A stretch of DNA of 64,000 nucleotides. Source: an uncultured cyanobacterium. Its GTDB lineage: Bacteria; Cyanobacteriota; Cyanobacteriia; PCC-6307; Cyanobiaceae. The stretch spans positions 224,001 through 288,000 of the forward strand of contig CAVXWZ010000011.1 of the NCBI GenBank assembly GCA_963765575.1. The letters run 5' to 3'. A program made the translations under genes and the position numbers. Numbering within the stretch: position 1 is the first letter of the stretch; each line of letters starts with the position of its first letter. The notes beneath the pieces are model-generated. The model worked only from the letters and a program-made list of their open reading frames with translations, made no database searches and was not told where the DNA came from. Positions 1 through 10,728 of this stretch are shown in pieces.

Positions 1-1
1 C

Positions 2-1624
2 CGGATCGACGGCGAGCATGAGCGCAACCGTCTGCGCGCCCTGGGGGTTCTGATCAAGCCCCCGGGCGCCGGTCTGCTGGTGCGCACCGAAGCGGAGGGG
101 GTGCCCGAAGACCAGCTGATCGACGATCTCGAGGCCCTGCTGCGCCAGTGGGAGGCGATCGAGTCGGCAGCCGAGACGGCCTCGCCGCCGGTGCTGCTGA
201 ACCGCGATGAAGACTTCATCCACCGGGTGCTGCGCGACCTCTACAGCCCCGAGGTGGTGCGGGTGGTGGTGGACACCGCCGGTGCGGTGGCGCGCGCCAA
301 CGCCTTCCTGGGCGTGGACCACGCCAATGTGCAGGTGGACGCCCACGGCGAGCCCACCGAAATCCTCGAGTACCACCGGGTCAACGCGGCCATCCGCGAT
401 GCCCTCAAGCCCCGGGTGGAGCTGCCCTCCGGTGGCTACGTGATCATCGAGCCCACCGAGGCGCTCACCGTCGTCGACGTCAACTCCGGTTCCTTCACGC
501 GCTCCGCCAACGCCCGCGAAACGCTGCTCTGGACCAACTGTGAGGCGGCGGTGGAGATCGCCCGCCAGCTGAAGCTGCGCAACATCGGCGGTGTGGTGAT
601 CGTGGACTTCATCGACATGGGGTCCCGCCGCGACCAGCTGCAGCTCCTGGAGCACTTCACCCAGGCGATGCGCGACGACACCTCCCGTCCCCAGATCGCC
701 CAGATCACCGAGCTCGGCCTGGTGGAGCTCACCCGCAAGCGCCAGGGGCAAAACATCTACGAGCTCTTCGGCCGCGCCTGCCCCACCTGCGGCGGCCTGG
801 GTCACGTGGCCACGGTGCCCGGCACCGACACGCTCCAGCCCCTGGCCAGCACGGTGGGCCTGGTGCGCTCGGCCGCCTCCGCCCGGGCCGGGGTGCCGGC
901 CCCCAATGCCGACAGCGAGCCGGCCTCCTCCGGGCGCCGGCGCCGTGGCGGTCGCGGCCGCTCGGCGGCCGCCAGCGCCGACGACGCCTTCACCACCCTG
1001 CCCGTGGTTGCGGTTGAGGCACCATTTGAGACCGGCGCGGCCGTGGCCGAGAGCGCTGGATCCGCTGCCGTGGCCCGGCGCTCTGATCGCTGGCCAGAGC
1101 CCGACCTGGTGGCGGTGCCCATGGATGCCGAGCAGGAGGCCGTCTACGGCTGGCTGGGCCTGAGCCCCACCCTGCTGCTCGACGCTCCCCCCAGCGGTGA
1201 CAACGTGGTGGTGCGTGTGATCCGCCCGGATGCGGATGCCGAGGCCGTGCTCGATGAGGCCCGCCGCGAGCTGGTGGCCAGCGGCTCCCGGCGGCGGCGT
1301 GGCCGGGGCGGGCGGGGATCGGGGGCTGCGGCCCTCGCCGATGCCCCCGCTGCCGAGCGCGCCACCGATTCAGACACCGAAACCGCTGCCGGCTCCGACA
1401 CCGCCAAGGCCCCGCTCACCCGCCGGGCAGCGGCCAGCCCCGCTCCGGTGGAGATCACGCCCTTGCCGCTGCGGGTGCAGCCGCAGCCCGTGGTCACCGT
1501 CTCGGTGCCCACAGCGGCCTCCGATCCCTCTGCCGCCGAGCCCGCCGCCGCCCCACCGGATCCCGAGCCTGAGGACAGCGACCAGCCCCGCCGCCGCCGC
1601 CGCCGCTCCTCGGCCGCCAGCTGA
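2..1624 (+). CDS. rne: Ribonuclease E/G (5'-truncated by window edge)
   Basis: Frame open from position 2 ([31 protein letters not shown]); motifs [36 protein letters not shown]; Arg-rich disordered C-terminus ending RRRRRRSSA as in cyanobacterial RNase E. Confidence 0.96.
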   Translation, partial: RIDGEHERNRLRALGVLIKPPGAGLLVRTEAEGVPEDQLIDDLEALLRQWEAIESAAETASPPVLLNRDEDFIHRVLRDLYSPEVVRVVVDTAGAVARANAFLGVDHANVQVDAHGEPTEILEYHRVNAAIRDALKPRVELPSGGYVIIEPTEALTVVDVNSGSFTRSANARETLLWTNCEAAVEIARQLKLRNIGGVVIVDFIDMGSRRDQLQLLEHFTQAMRDDTSRPQIAQITELGLVELTRKRQGQNIYELFGRACPTCGGLGHVATVPGTDTLQPLASTVGLVRSAASARAGVPAPNADSEPASSGRRRRGGRGRSAAASADDAFTTLPVVAVEAPFETGAAVAESAGSAAVARRSDRWPEPDLVAVPMDAEQEAVYGWLGLSPTLLLDAPPSGDNVVVRVIRPDADAEAVLDEARRELVASGSRRRRGRGGRGSGAAALADAPAAERATDSDTETAAGSDTAKAPLTRRAAASPAPVEITPLPLRVQPQPVVTVSVPTAASDPSAAEPAAAPPDPEPEDSDQPRRRRRRSSAAS

Positions 1625-2307
1625 GCTCGGCCGCGGGCTCCCGACTGGCCCCCGACCCCTGGCTGGGCCGGGAACCGCAGCGCTGCGCCGGCGTCGATGA
1701 GGTGGGCCGGGGCTGCCTGTTCGGGCCGGTGTTCGCCGCGGCGGTGGTGCTGCCCGCCGCTGCCCTCGAGCCCCTGCAGCGCCTTGGCCTCACCGACAGC
1801 AAGGCGCTCTCAGCGGGCCGCCGCGCCGCCCTGGTGCCGGCAATCCAGCACGGGGCCGAGGCCTGGGCCCTGGGCCAGGCCTCGGCCGCCGAGATCGATC
1901 GCCTCGGCATCCGCGCCGCCACCGAGCTGGCCATGCTGCGGGCGCTGCACAAACTGGCCGCCGCCCCGGAGCTGCTGATCGTGGATGGGGTGCTGCCGCT
2001 GCGGGGCTGGGGCGGAGTCCAGGCCACCATGGCGAAGGGTGACCGGCTCTGCCCGGCGATCGCCGCCGCCAGCGTGGTCGCCAAGCAGGCCCGCGACCAC
2101 TTGGTGCATCAGCTGGCGGCGCGCTACCCGGGCTATGGCCTTGAGCGGCACGTGGGCTACGGCACCCCCCAGCACCGCGCGGCCCTGCTGCAGCTCGGCG
2201 TCACCCCGCTGCATCGGCGCAGCTTTCTGACTCGATGGCTGGGGGTGGATTCTGGCGGCACCAGCGCTGGAAATCCTCCACCACCTGCTGGCCCACCCGG
2301 CCCTTGA
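1621..2307 (+). CDS. rnhB: Ribonuclease HII (start uncertain, probably CTG at 1621 or 1645)
   Basis: AGVDEVGRG (starts upstream of ORF-track GTG), [21 protein letters not shown] motifs; rne-rnhB pairing. Confidence 0.93.
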   Translation: MSSAAGSRLAPDPWLGREPQRCAGVDEVGRGCLFGPVFAAAVVLPAAALEPLQRLGLTDSKALSAGRRAALVPAIQHGAEAWALGQASAAEIDRLGIRAATELAMLRALHKLAAAPELLIVDGVLPLRGWGGVQATMAKGDRLCPAIAAASVVAKQARDHLVHQLAARYPGYGLERHVGYGTPQHRAALLQLGVTPLHRRSFLTRWLGVDSGGTSAGNPPPPAGPPGP

Positions 2308-2758
2308 TGCCCAGCAGGATGCCGGCCAGCACGGAGCGGCCGGTGCTCTCCAGCACCCGGGCGGGAATCAGCTTCAGCAGCGGTGGCTGGCTCACCTGCA
2401 CGCTGAGGCTGGCTTCCCCCTCCAGGCCCCGCTCGCCGGCCGCCAGCCAGGAGCGCAGGGTGAGTTGAAAGTCGTCCACCAACCCCAGCCCCTCCAGCTG
2501 GCAGTCGAGGGCCTCCAGCTCCAGCCGCCCCGGGCTGGGGTTGGTGCGCAGCTCCACCACCGGCTGGATCTGCAGCTGGAACACCTGCAGCCGGGTCACG
2601 GTGTAGCTGTAGTGCTGGGGTGCCAGGCGCTTCAGCTGGCTGGGATTGAGCATCGCCTGCACCACCCGCTCCTCTTGCTTCAGGTAGCTGGCGAGCCGCT
2701 CCCTGTGGTGGCGAATGGACAGCTCAAGCTTCTGACTGGCACTGAACGCGAGGGGCAT
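2201..2758 (-). CDS. DUF1997 family protein
   Basis: 185-aa ORF resembling conserved cyanobacterial DUF1997 proteins (MPLAFSASQ...); usual position between rnhB and pheA. Confidence 0.75.
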   Translation of the reverse strand: MPLAFSASQKLELSIRHHRERLASYLKQEERVVQAMLNPSQLKRLAPQHYSYTVTRLQVFQLQIQPVVELRTNPSPGRLELEALDCQLEGLGLVDDFQLTLRSWLAAGERGLEGEASLSVQVSQPPLLKLIPARVLESTGRSVLAGILLGIKGRVGQQVVEDFQRWCRQNPPPAIESESCADAAG

Positions 2759-2827
2759 GGCCTGCGGCCTGGCGCGGCATGATCCTATCGACCCACCTTC
2801 GGGTCCCCGTTCGGCTCAGCAGTTCTG

Positions 2828-3703
2828 ATGCGCATCGCCTTCCTTGGCCCCGTTGGCACCTATGGCGAGCAGGCGGCCCTGCAGCTGGTGGAGCTGGAGG
2901 GGATCGTGGATGCCGAATTGGTGCCCCAGCTCGGCATCCGCGCCGTGATCCAGGCCCTGGCCGTCGGCGACTGCGATGCCGCGGTGGTGCCGGTGGAGAA
3001 CTCCGTGGAGGGCGGCGTAACGGCCTGCCTCGATGCCCTCTGGGAGCATCCCGATCTGTCGGTTGCCCATGCCCTGGTGCTGCCGATCCGCCATGCCCTG
3101 CTGGGCAGCGGTGCGATCGACGGCGTCAGCGAGGTGCTCTCCCATCCCCAGGCCCTCGCCCAGTGCAGCCAGTGGCTGGCCGTCCATCTGCCGGATGCCT
3201 TGCAGCTGCCCACCAGCTCCACGGCCGACGCCGCCCGCATGGTGGCCGGCAGTCGCTTCCGGGCCGCGATCGCCTCCCGCCAGGCGGGCGTTGAACACGG
3301 GCTCAGCGAGCTGGCCTACCCGATCAACGACGCCGCTGGAAACTGCACCCGCTTTCTGCTGTTGCGCCGGGGCGTCCGCAGCAGCAGCGGGCCGCTGGCC
3401 AGCCTGGCCTTTTCCCTGCGCTCCAACCAGCCCGGGGCCCTGCTGGAGGCGCTGGCCTGTTTCGCCCACCGGGACCTCAACATGAGCCGGATCGAATCGC
3501 GCCCCTCCAAGCGCGAGATGGGGGAATACATCTTCTTTGTGGACCTGGCCCTGCCGGCGGATTCGCAGCGCCCGCCCGCCGCCCAGCCCGCTGCCGAGCC
3601 GTCTGCCCTGACTGAGGCCCTGACTGAGGCCCTCGAGGAGCTGGAGCCCCGCTGCCAGCACCTCAAGCTCTTTGGTGCCTATCCGCTCACCAACCTGGCC
3701 TGA
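2828..3703 (+). CDS. pheA: Prephenate dehydratase
   Basis: IAFLGPxGT, VPVENSVEG, SHPQALAQC, NCTRF, IESRP motifs plus ACT domain. Confidence 0.96.
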   Translation: MRIAFLGPVGTYGEQAALQLVELEGIVDAELVPQLGIRAVIQALAVGDCDAAVVPVENSVEGGVTACLDALWEHPDLSVAHALVLPIRHALLGSGAIDGVSEVLSHPQALAQCSQWLAVHLPDALQLPTSSTADAARMVAGSRFRAAIASRQAGVEHGLSELAYPINDAAGNCTRFLLLRRGVRSSSGPLASLAFSLRSNQPGALLEALACFAHRDLNMSRIESRPSKREMGEYIFFVDLALPADSQRPPAAQPAAEPSALTEALTEALEELEPRCQHLKLFGAYPLTNLA

Positions 3704-4668
3704 GGGCCGGCCTTGCGGCCGCGGAAGACCCCGAACTGCATCAGGCCGCTGGCGAAGGCCCAGCGCATCAGCAGGATCGTGGGCGTTTCGCGCAGGCCCT
3801 GCAGCACGGCCCCGGGCCCCAGCCCGAGCACGGCGCCGGGGCGGCGCACCCCTTCGAGGATCGAATCGATCCAGGAGGGCAGCGTGGCGGCCGTCCAGTC
3901 GGCCGTATCCACCGTGATCCCGCCGGCCCAGGGGCTGGCTTCGAGGTTGTGCTGCAGGGAGCGGATGCTGGCGAATTCCGGGTGGGCCCACTGCTCGAGC
4001 AGCTGACGCATCACCCAGCGCTCGCGGGCGGTCATGGCGCCATCGCGGCGGTCGCGGCGGTTCCAGTCGGCCACCGCCAGGGTCCCCCCGGGCCGCAGCA
4101 CCCGCAGCAACTCGTCGGCGTAGCGCTGCTTGTCAGGCATGTGGGGTGAAGCCTCCACGCTCCACACCGCATCGACACTGCCGTCGGCCAGCTCCAGGGC
4201 CAGGGCATCCATCACCGCAAAGCGGCAGTGGCCCAGCTCCGGCGCCGTCAGGGCCCGGGCGCGCTCGATCTGGGCCGGGCTGATGCTGATGCCGAGCACC
4301 TCCAGGCCGTAGTGGCGGGCCAGGATGCGGGCGCTGCCGCCGATGCCGCAGCCCACATCGAGCACCCTGGAGCCGGGGGGCAGCTGGTCGAGGCCACTCC
4401 AGTGCGCCAGTTCGTGCACGAAGGCCACCTTGGCCTGGCGAAAGTCCACGGCCCCGGGCCGGACCGGCGGATCGCCGTAGTGGCCCAGGTGGATGTGGTC
4501 ACCCCAGAGGCGCTCCAGCAGCTGGTCGTCGGTCCAGCGGTCGTAGGCGGCCGCCACGCTGGCGCTGTCGGTGTAGCGCCGGTTGCGCCGTAGCCAGAGG
4601 GCGCTGCCCGTGGCGGCCACCCCCAGGGTGGTGAGGCCAGCGGCCAGGGCCCAGCTCACAGGAGTCAT
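3679..4668 (-). CDS. SAM-dependent methyltransferase, MPBQ/MSBQ (quinol) methyltransferase-like
   Basis: N-terminal hydrophobic anchor, AYDRWT..WGDHIHLGHY, VLDVGCGIGG, HMPDK, LRPGG. Confidence 0.85.
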   Translation of the reverse strand: MTPVSWALAAGLTTLGVAATGSALWLRRNRRYTDSASVAAAYDRWTDDQLLERLWGDHIHLGHYGDPPVRPGAVDFRQAKVAFVHELAHWSGLDQLPPGSRVLDVGCGIGGSARILARHYGLEVLGISISPAQIERARALTAPELGHCRFAVMDALALELADGSVDAVWSVEASPHMPDKQRYADELLRVLRPGGTLAVADWNRRDRRDGAMTARERWVMRQLLEQWAHPEFASIRSLQHNLEASPWAGGITVDTADWTAATLPSWIDSILEGVRRPGAVLGLGPGAVLQGLRETPTILLMRWAFASGLMQFGVFRGRKAGPQARLVSG

Positions 4669-4737
4669 CAAGAGTTGGAGGGTCCGGGTCCTTGCCGGTG
4701 AGGCGACCAGCGGCGCGGGCTGTGGGGGGCGCGAGGG

Positions 4738-5385
4738 CTATTGGGTCTGGAAGGTGTCCTTGAGCACGGTGCGGGCGGCCAGCTGGCGACGGGTGTGGTC
4801 GAGCAGCTGGAATTCCTGGCGCAGGCGCTCAGCGGTGTCGGTGATCTCGAGCAGCGCCTGCTGGTGGTCAGCCACGGGCCCGCCGAGGTGGGCGCCGATC
4901 CAGAAGGACAGCTCCCGGGGCAGGTCCGGCAGATCGCTCGGCAGCTGGGCCGGCTTGCCCACCAGCTTCGCCGTGAGCTCGACCACATCGCGCAGGGCTG
5001 TCTGGACCTCGCCGGCCAGGCTGGTCAGGTCGTCGGGCTCGGGGGCGACCTGATCCTCGATCCAGCTCACCAGGGCCACCCGAAAGGGCGCCTCACGCAC
5101 CGTGTCCAGCACCCGGAAGCGCTGCTGGCCCATGGTCACGATGTTGCTGCGATCATCCTCCTGGCTCTGGCAATGAATGATTTCGGCGCAGCAACCCACA
5201 TCCGCCATGCGGCGCTTCTGGGGGTCCCAGCGCACCACACCGAAGCGGCGATCCTCTTCCATCACCGTGCTCAGCAGCATGCGGTAGCGCGGCTCGAAGA
5301 TGTGCAGGGGCAGCACTTCCTGGGGGAAGAGCACCACATCAGGGAGGGGAAACAGGGGCAGCTCCCGTACGGCCAGATTTGCCAT
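4738..5385 (-). CDS. LON peptidase substrate-binding (N-terminal) domain protein
   Basis: LPLFPL..VVLFP..LPLHIFEPRYR signature; no protease domain. Confidence 0.9.
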   Translation of the reverse strand: MANLAVRELPLFPLPDVVLFPQEVLPLHIFEPRYRMLLSTVMEEDRRFGVVRWDPQKRRMADVGCCAEIIHCQSQEDDRSNIVTMGQQRFRVLDTVREAPFRVALVSWIEDQVAPEPDDLTSLAGEVQTALRDVVELTAKLVGKPAQLPSDLPDLPRELSFWIGAHLGGPVADHQQALLEITDTAERLRQEFQLLDHTRRQLAARTVLKDTFQTQ

Positions 5386-5459
5386 GGCTTGTTCAGGAGG
5401 TGCCCATCGATCCTAGAAACATCGCCCGGCCCCCGCGGCGGGGTAACGGGCCATGTCCG

Positions 5460-5780
5460 TCAGAGCTTCACTTCGATATCCACGCCGCTGGGCAGGTCCA
5501 GCTTCATGAGGGCGTCGATGGTCTTGGCCGTGGGGCTGTAGATATCGATGATGCGGCGGTGGGTGCGCGTCTCGAAGTGCTCACGGGAGTCCTTGTCCAC
5601 GTGGGGCGAGCGCAGCACGCAGTAGATCTTGCGCTTGGTGGGCAGGGGGATGGGGCCGATCGCGGTTGCAGCGGTGTGATCGGCGGTTTCGATGATCTTC
5701 TCGCAGGAAAGATCCAGCATGCGGCGATCAAACGCCTTCAGGCGGATGCGGATCTTCTGCTGGGCGATGGTGGCGGACAT
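5460..5780 (-). CDS. rpsJ: 30S ribosomal protein S10
   Basis: [31 protein letters not shown]. Confidence 0.99.
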   Translation of the reverse strand: MSATIAQQKIRIRLKAFDRRMLDLSCEKIIETADHTAATAIGPIPLPTKRKIYCVLRSPHVDKDSREHFETRTHRRIIDIYSPTAKTIDALMKLDLPSGVDIEVKL

Positions 5781-5928
5781 GGGAAAGAGAAGCAGGTGGA
5801 ATGGCCCTCAGGGTGGGGCATCCGGGGAGGGGAATTGTCGAGGTGCTGGGCCGGTTGCTGGGTACCGGCCGCCGGCTGGTGGTTGGGGCTGGAGGGCAGC
5901 ACTTGGCCCTCCAGTTCCCCGCCCTGGC

Positions 5929-7128
5929 TCACTCGATGATCTTGGAGACCACGCCGGCACCGATGGTGCGGCCGCCTTCGCGAATGGCGAAGCGCATGCC
6001 CTGCTCGATGGCCACCGGGCAGATCAGCTGGCCCGTCATCTTGATGCGGTCACCCGGCATCACCATTTCCACGTTGCCACCGTCGTCGGCGGTGAAGGCG
6101 GTGATCTGGCCGGTCACATCCGTGGTGCGGATGTAGAACTGCGGGCGGTAGCCGGCGAAGAAGGGGGTGTGGCGGCCGCCTTCCTCCTTCTTGAGCACAT
6201 ACACCTCACCCTCGAACTTGGTGTGGGGAGTGATGGAGCCTGGCTTCACCAGCACCATGCCGCGCTCGATGTCCTCTTTCTGGATGCCGCGCAGCAGCAG
6301 GCCGACATTGTCGCCAGCCATGCCCTCATCGAGAAGCTTGCGGAACATCTCCACACCGGTGACGGTGCTCTTGCGGGTGTCCCTGATGCCCACGATCTCG
6401 ATCTCTTCGCCCACCTTCACCTTGCCGCGCTCGATCCGGCCGGTGGCCACGGTGCCGCGACCGGTGATCGAGAACACGTCTTCGACGGCCATCAGGAAGG
6501 GCTTGTCGATCTCGCGCTCCGGCTCGGGAATCGACTCATCGACGGCCGCCATCAGCTCGTTGATCTTGGCTTCCCACTCGGCATCACCCTCAAGGGCCTT
6601 GAGACCGGACACCTTGATCACGGGGATGTCGTCGCCGGGGAAGTCGTAGCTGCTGAGCAGTTCGCGCACCTCCAGCTCCACCAGCTCGAGGATCTCCTCG
6701 TCGTCGACCATGTCGCACTTGTTGAGCGCCACCACCAGGGCGGGCACGCCCACCTGCTTGGCCAGGAGGATGTGCTCCTTGGTCTGGGCCATGGGGCCGT
6801 CGGTGGCGGCCACCACCAGGATGCCGCCGTCCATCTGGGCGGCGCCGGTGATCATGTTCTTCACATAGTCCGCGTGGCCGGGGCAGTCCACGTGGGCGTA
6901 GTGCCGGTTCTCGGTTTCGTACTCGACGTGGGCGGTGTTGATCGTGATACCGCGATCACGCTCCTCAGGGGCGCCGTCAATCTGGTCGTAGGCCTGGGCC
7001 TTCGCGAAACCCTTCTTGGCCAGCACGCTGGTGATGGCGGCGGTGAGGGTGGTCTTGCCGTGGTCAACGTGGCCAATGGTGCCGATGTTGACGTGGGGTT
7101 TGTTCCTTTCGAACTTTTCGCGAGCCAT
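5929..7128 (-). CDS. tuf: Elongation factor Tu
   Basis: [27 protein letters not shown]; 399 aa from ATG at 7128. Confidence 0.99.
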   Translation of the reverse strand: MAREKFERNKPHVNIGTIGHVDHGKTTLTAAITSVLAKKGFAKAQAYDQIDGAPEERDRGITINTAHVEYETENRHYAHVDCPGHADYVKNMITGAAQMDGGILVVAATDGPMAQTKEHILLAKQVGVPALVVALNKCDMVDDEEILELVELEVRELLSSYDFPGDDIPVIKVSGLKALEGDAEWEAKINELMAAVDESIPEPEREIDKPFLMAVEDVFSITGRGTVATGRIERGKVKVGEEIEIVGIRDTRKSTVTGVEMFRKLLDEGMAGDNVGLLLRGIQKEDIERGMVLVKPGSITPHTKFEGEVYVLKKEEGGRHTPFFAGYRPQFYIRTTDVTGQITAFTADDGGNVEMVMPGDRIKMTGQLICPVAIEQGMRFAIREGGRTIGAGVVSKIIE

Positions 7129-7168
7129 GGGAGTAAAGAATCGGGGGGGTAAGTGGGTGGTTGAAAGA

Positions 7169-9244
7169 TCAGGACTTGCCCTGATTCTTGGAGATGATGG
7201 CCTCGGCCACATTGCGAGGAACTTCCTCGTAATGGCTGAATTCCATCGAGAAGATACCCCGACCCTGGGTCATGGATCGGAGCTGGGTGGCGTAGCCGAA
7301 CATCTCGGCCAGGGGCACCTTGGTCTGGACCTTGGACAGCCCATTGTCGATGGACTGGCCTTCGACCTGGCCACGGCGGGAGGAGAGGTCGCCGATCACC
7401 GAGCCGAGGAAGTCTTCCGGTACCTCGACCTCCACCTTCATCATCGGTTCAAGCAGCACGGGATTGCACTTCTTGACGCCGTCCTTGAAGGCCAAGGAGC
7501 CGGCGATCTTGAACGCCATCTCCGAGGAGTCGACGTCGTGGTAGGAGCCGTCCACCATGGTGACCCTCACATCGATCATCGGGTAACCCGCGACCACGCC
7601 GGATTCGCAGGTCTCCTTCATGCCGTTTTCGGCGGGACCGATGTATTCCCTGGGCACGACGCCACCAACGATCTTGTTGACGAACTCGAACCCTGAACCC
7701 GGTTCACCGGGCTCCATCTCAATCACCACGTGGCCGTACTGACCCTTGCCACCGGTCTGGCGGGCAAACTTGCCTTCACCCTTGGCGCTGCCGCGGATGG
7801 TTTCCCGGTAGGAAACCTGGGGAGCGCCGATGTTGGCTTCCACCTTGAACTCCCGCAGCATGCGGTCCACCAGGATCTCCAGGTGCAACTCGCCCATGCC
7901 GGCGATCACGGTCTGGTTGGTTTCGGGATCGGTGGAGACGCGGAAGGTGGGATCTTCCTCCGAGAGCGATTGCAGAGCTTTGGAGAGCTTGTCCATGTCG
8001 CCCTTGGTCTTGGGCTCCACCGCCACCGAGATCACGGGCTCGGGGATATACAGCGATTCCAGGATGATGGGATCGCTCTCGATACAGAGCGTGTCGCCGG
8101 TGGTGGTGTCTTTGAGACCAAGCACGGCGCCGAGGTCGCCGGCCCGGAGCTCATCCACCTCTTCGCGGTCATCGGCCTTGAGAATGATCAGGCGTGAGAT
8201 GCGCTCTTTTTTGTCCTTGGTGGAGTTGAGCACGTAGCTGCCCTTCTTCAGCACACCCGAATAGATGCGCACAAAGGTGAGCTTGCCGAAGGGATCGGCC
8301 ATCACCTTGAAGGCCAGGGCGCTGAAGGGGGCGCTGTCTTCCGCGGGCCGCAGGGCTTCGCTGCCATCGGCCAACAGACCCTGAATCGGAGGCACGTCAA
8401 TCGGCGCCGGCAGGTAATCGACCACGGCATCGAGCAGCAGCTGCACGCCTTTGTTCTTGAAGGCCGAGCCGCAGAGCATCGGCACCAGGCCGTGGCTGAG
8501 CACACCGGTGCGGATGCCCCTGCGCAGCTGCTCCTCGGTGAGCTCGTTGTTCTCCAGGAACGCCTCCACCAGCTCCTCGTCGGTTTCGGCCACCGACTCC
8601 ATCAGCTTGTTGCGCCACTCGGCCACGGTCTCGACCATGTCCGCGGGAACATCGGTTTCCTCGATGTCCTTGCCGAGGTCGTCCTTGTAGATGTAGGCGC
8701 GGTTCTTGACCAGATCGATAATGCCGCTGAGGTCGCCCTCAGCACCGATCGGCAGCTGGATGGGGGCGGCGTTGGCCTTGAGCCGGTCCTTGATCTGCTC
8801 GTAGACCTTGAGGTAGTCGGCCCCGGTGCGGTCCATCTTGTTGACGAACACCATGCGCGGCACCCGGTAGCGGTCGGCCTGGCGCCACACCGTTTCCGAC
8901 TGGGGCTGGACGCCACCGACGGCGCAGAACACGGCGATCACGCCATCGAGTACGCGCATGGAGCGCTCCACCTCGATGGTGAAATCGACGTGGCCGGGGG
9001 TGTCGATGATGTTGATGCGGTGGTCTTTCCAACTGGTGGAAATAGCCGCAGCGGTGATGGTGATTCCCCGTTCACGCTCCTGGGCCATCCAGTCGGTGAC
9101 GGCGGCGCCATCATGCACCTCGCCCATCTTGTGGACGACGCCCGAATAAAAGAGGATGCGCTCAGTGGTGGTGGTTTTGCCCGCGTCAATATGAGCGGCG
9201 ATGCCGATATTTCTGACGCGTTCCAGTGGAAAGGCGCGGGCCAC
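7169..9244 (-). CDS. fusA: Elongation factor G
   Basis: [25 protein letters not shown]; 691 aa. Confidence 0.99.
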   Translation of the reverse strand: MARAFPLERVRNIGIAAHIDAGKTTTTERILFYSGVVHKMGEVHDGAAVTDWMAQERERGITITAAAISTSWKDHRINIIDTPGHVDFTIEVERSMRVLDGVIAVFCAVGGVQPQSETVWRQADRYRVPRMVFVNKMDRTGADYLKVYEQIKDRLKANAAPIQLPIGAEGDLSGIIDLVKNRAYIYKDDLGKDIEETDVPADMVETVAEWRNKLMESVAETDEELVEAFLENNELTEEQLRRGIRTGVLSHGLVPMLCGSAFKNKGVQLLLDAVVDYLPAPIDVPPIQGLLADGSEALRPAEDSAPFSALAFKVMADPFGKLTFVRIYSGVLKKGSYVLNSTKDKKERISRLIILKADDREEVDELRAGDLGAVLGLKDTTTGDTLCIESDPIILESLYIPEPVISVAVEPKTKGDMDKLSKALQSLSEEDPTFRVSTDPETNQTVIAGMGELHLEILVDRMLREFKVEANIGAPQVSYRETIRGSAKGEGKFARQTGGKGQYGHVVIEMEPGEPGSGFEFVNKIVGGVVPREYIGPAENGMKETCESGVVAGYPMIDVRVTMVDGSYHDVDSSEMAFKIAGSLAFKDGVKKCNPVLLEPMMKVEVEVPEDFLGSVIGDLSSRRGQVEGQSIDNGLSKVQTKVPLAEMFGYATQLRSMTQGRGIFSMEFSHYEEVPRNVAEAIISKNQGKS

Positions 9245-9324
9245 GGGTGTGATCTCCGAAGGGTCTACGAAAAGGCGAGGATCACTCTAGTGATCAGCCC
9301 CGGGGGGGCGAGCTGAGCCGGAAC

Positions 9325-9795
9325 TCAGTAGCGGTAGTGGGCGAAGGCCTTGTTGGCCTCGGCCATTTTGTGAGTTTCCTCACGCTTGCGCACGGCGCTG
9401 CCGGCCTCGTTGGCGGCATCCATCAGCTCACCGGCGAGCTTCTGGGACATGCTGCGGCCGTTGCGGCCGCGCGAGAAATTCACCAGCCAGCGCAGGGCCA
9501 TGGCGGTGCCCCGTTCCTGGCGCACTTCCATCGGCACCTGGTAGGTGGCACCACCCACCCGGCGGGCGCGGACCTCCACCAGTGGGGTGGCATTGCGCAC
9601 GGCGGTTTCGAACAGTTCCAGCGGGTCGCTGCCGGTGCGTTCGTTGATCATGCCGAAGGCATCGGAAAGGATGCGCTGGGCGGTGGACTTCTTGCCGTGT
9701 TTCATCAGCCGCGCCACCATCATTGACGCCAGGCGGCTGTTGAACTGGGGGTCGGGCAGAACCGGACGCTTCTCGGCGGCGTTGCGGCGGGACAT
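9325..9795 (-). CDS. rpsG: 30S ribosomal protein S7
   Basis: [24 protein letters not shown]. Confidence 0.99.
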   Translation of the reverse strand: MSRRNAAEKRPVLPDPQFNSRLASMMVARLMKHGKKSTAQRILSDAFGMINERTGSDPLELFETAVRNATPLVEVRARRVGGATYQVPMEVRQERGTAMALRWLVNFSRGRNGRSMSQKLAGELMDAANEAGSAVRKREETHKMAEANKAFAHYRY

Positions 9796-9868
9796 GGGGG
9801 CAGGGTGAAAAAGCTGGAGTTGGGGAAGGCGTTGCGCGGATCAAAACCCGGATCTGGCTCAGGAGAGC

Positions 9869-10243
9869 TCAGTCCTTGGGGGTCTTGGCGCCGTACTTGG
9901 AGCGGGACTGACGCCGGTCTTTGACCCCGGCCGTGTCGAGGGTGCCGCGGATGATGTGGTAGCGGACCCCGGGCAGATCCTTCACCCGGCCGCCGCGGAT
10001 CAGCACCACCGAGTGCTCCTGGAGGTTGTGGCCGATGCCCGGGATGTAGGCGGTCACCTCAAATCCGGAGGTCAGCCGCACCCGCGCCACCTTGCGCAGG
10101 GCCGAGTTGGGCTTCTTCGGGGTGGAGGTGTACACGCGGGTGCACACGCCCCGGCGTGCGGGACAGGATCGCAGCGCCGGCGACTTGGTCTTGCGGGTCA
10201 GTCGCTGACGCTCGGTACGGATGAGTTGCTGGATTGTGGGCAT
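9869..10243 (-). CDS. rpsL: 30S ribosomal protein S12
   Basis: [31 protein letters not shown] at 10243. Confidence 0.99.
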   Translation of the reverse strand: MPTIQQLIRTERQRLTRKTKSPALRSCPARRGVCTRVYTSTPKKPNSALRKVARVRLTSGFEVTAYIPGIGHNLQEHSVVLIRGGRVKDLPGVRYHIIRGTLDTAGVKDRRQSRSKYGAKTPKD

Positions 10244-10318
10244 CGAGGGCCGGTAGTTCGGGGGCCGGGAACGGAACGACTGGTCGGGCGTTCCGACCCC
10301 AATCGACAATCCGTCACC

Positions 10319-10675
10319 TTACCGGGTCGCCCGACCTCTCCCTGGCTGGGTGCTGAAGGCCGCCCCGCAGGCGCAGGTTTGCACCCCCTCGGCGCTGCGC
10401 ACCAGGAAGCCGCCGCCGCTGAGGTCCCCGCGGTAGTCGAGGTTCAGGCCGGCGAGCAATGGGGCCTGCTGCTGGGGCGCGTGCAGGGTCACGCCATCGG
10501 CCCGGGCGATCGGCACCCCCGCCAGGTGTCCGGGCCGCAGACGGATCGTCCACTGCTCACAGCCCCCCTCCAGCAGATCCACATGCATCAGCCCGGGGGT
10601 GCCGGCCACGGCCGCCTGGCGGCCCAGTTCGGCGGCGGCGGCGGCGGTGAGTCGCAGGCTGTGGCCCTTGGGCAT
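10319..10675 (-). CDS. HesB/IscA-like (A-type Fe-S carrier-like) protein
   Basis: From ATG at 10675 (MPKGHSLRLT..); GGC and CACG..F motifs, LDY...GGF. Confidence 0.75.
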   Translation of the reverse strand: MPKGHSLRLTAAAAAELGRQAAVAGTPGLMHVDLLEGGCEQWTIRLRPGHLAGVPIARADGVTLHAPQQQAPLLAGLNLDYRGDLSGGGFLVRSAEGVQTCACGAAFSTQPGRGRATR

Positions 10676-10728
10676 GACGGGGCTGCGGCAGCGGGCGGGG
10701 ACTTCGCGCACTCTGGCAGCCCTGGAGC

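Noticed and set aside
3560..3635. In-frame 12-bp duplication (ALTE ALTE) and Pro/Ala insert in the pheA ACT domain; similar micro-duplications in ldpA, curT and the JAB gene
   Set aside because: Ordinary slippage in loops or termini that keeps the frame
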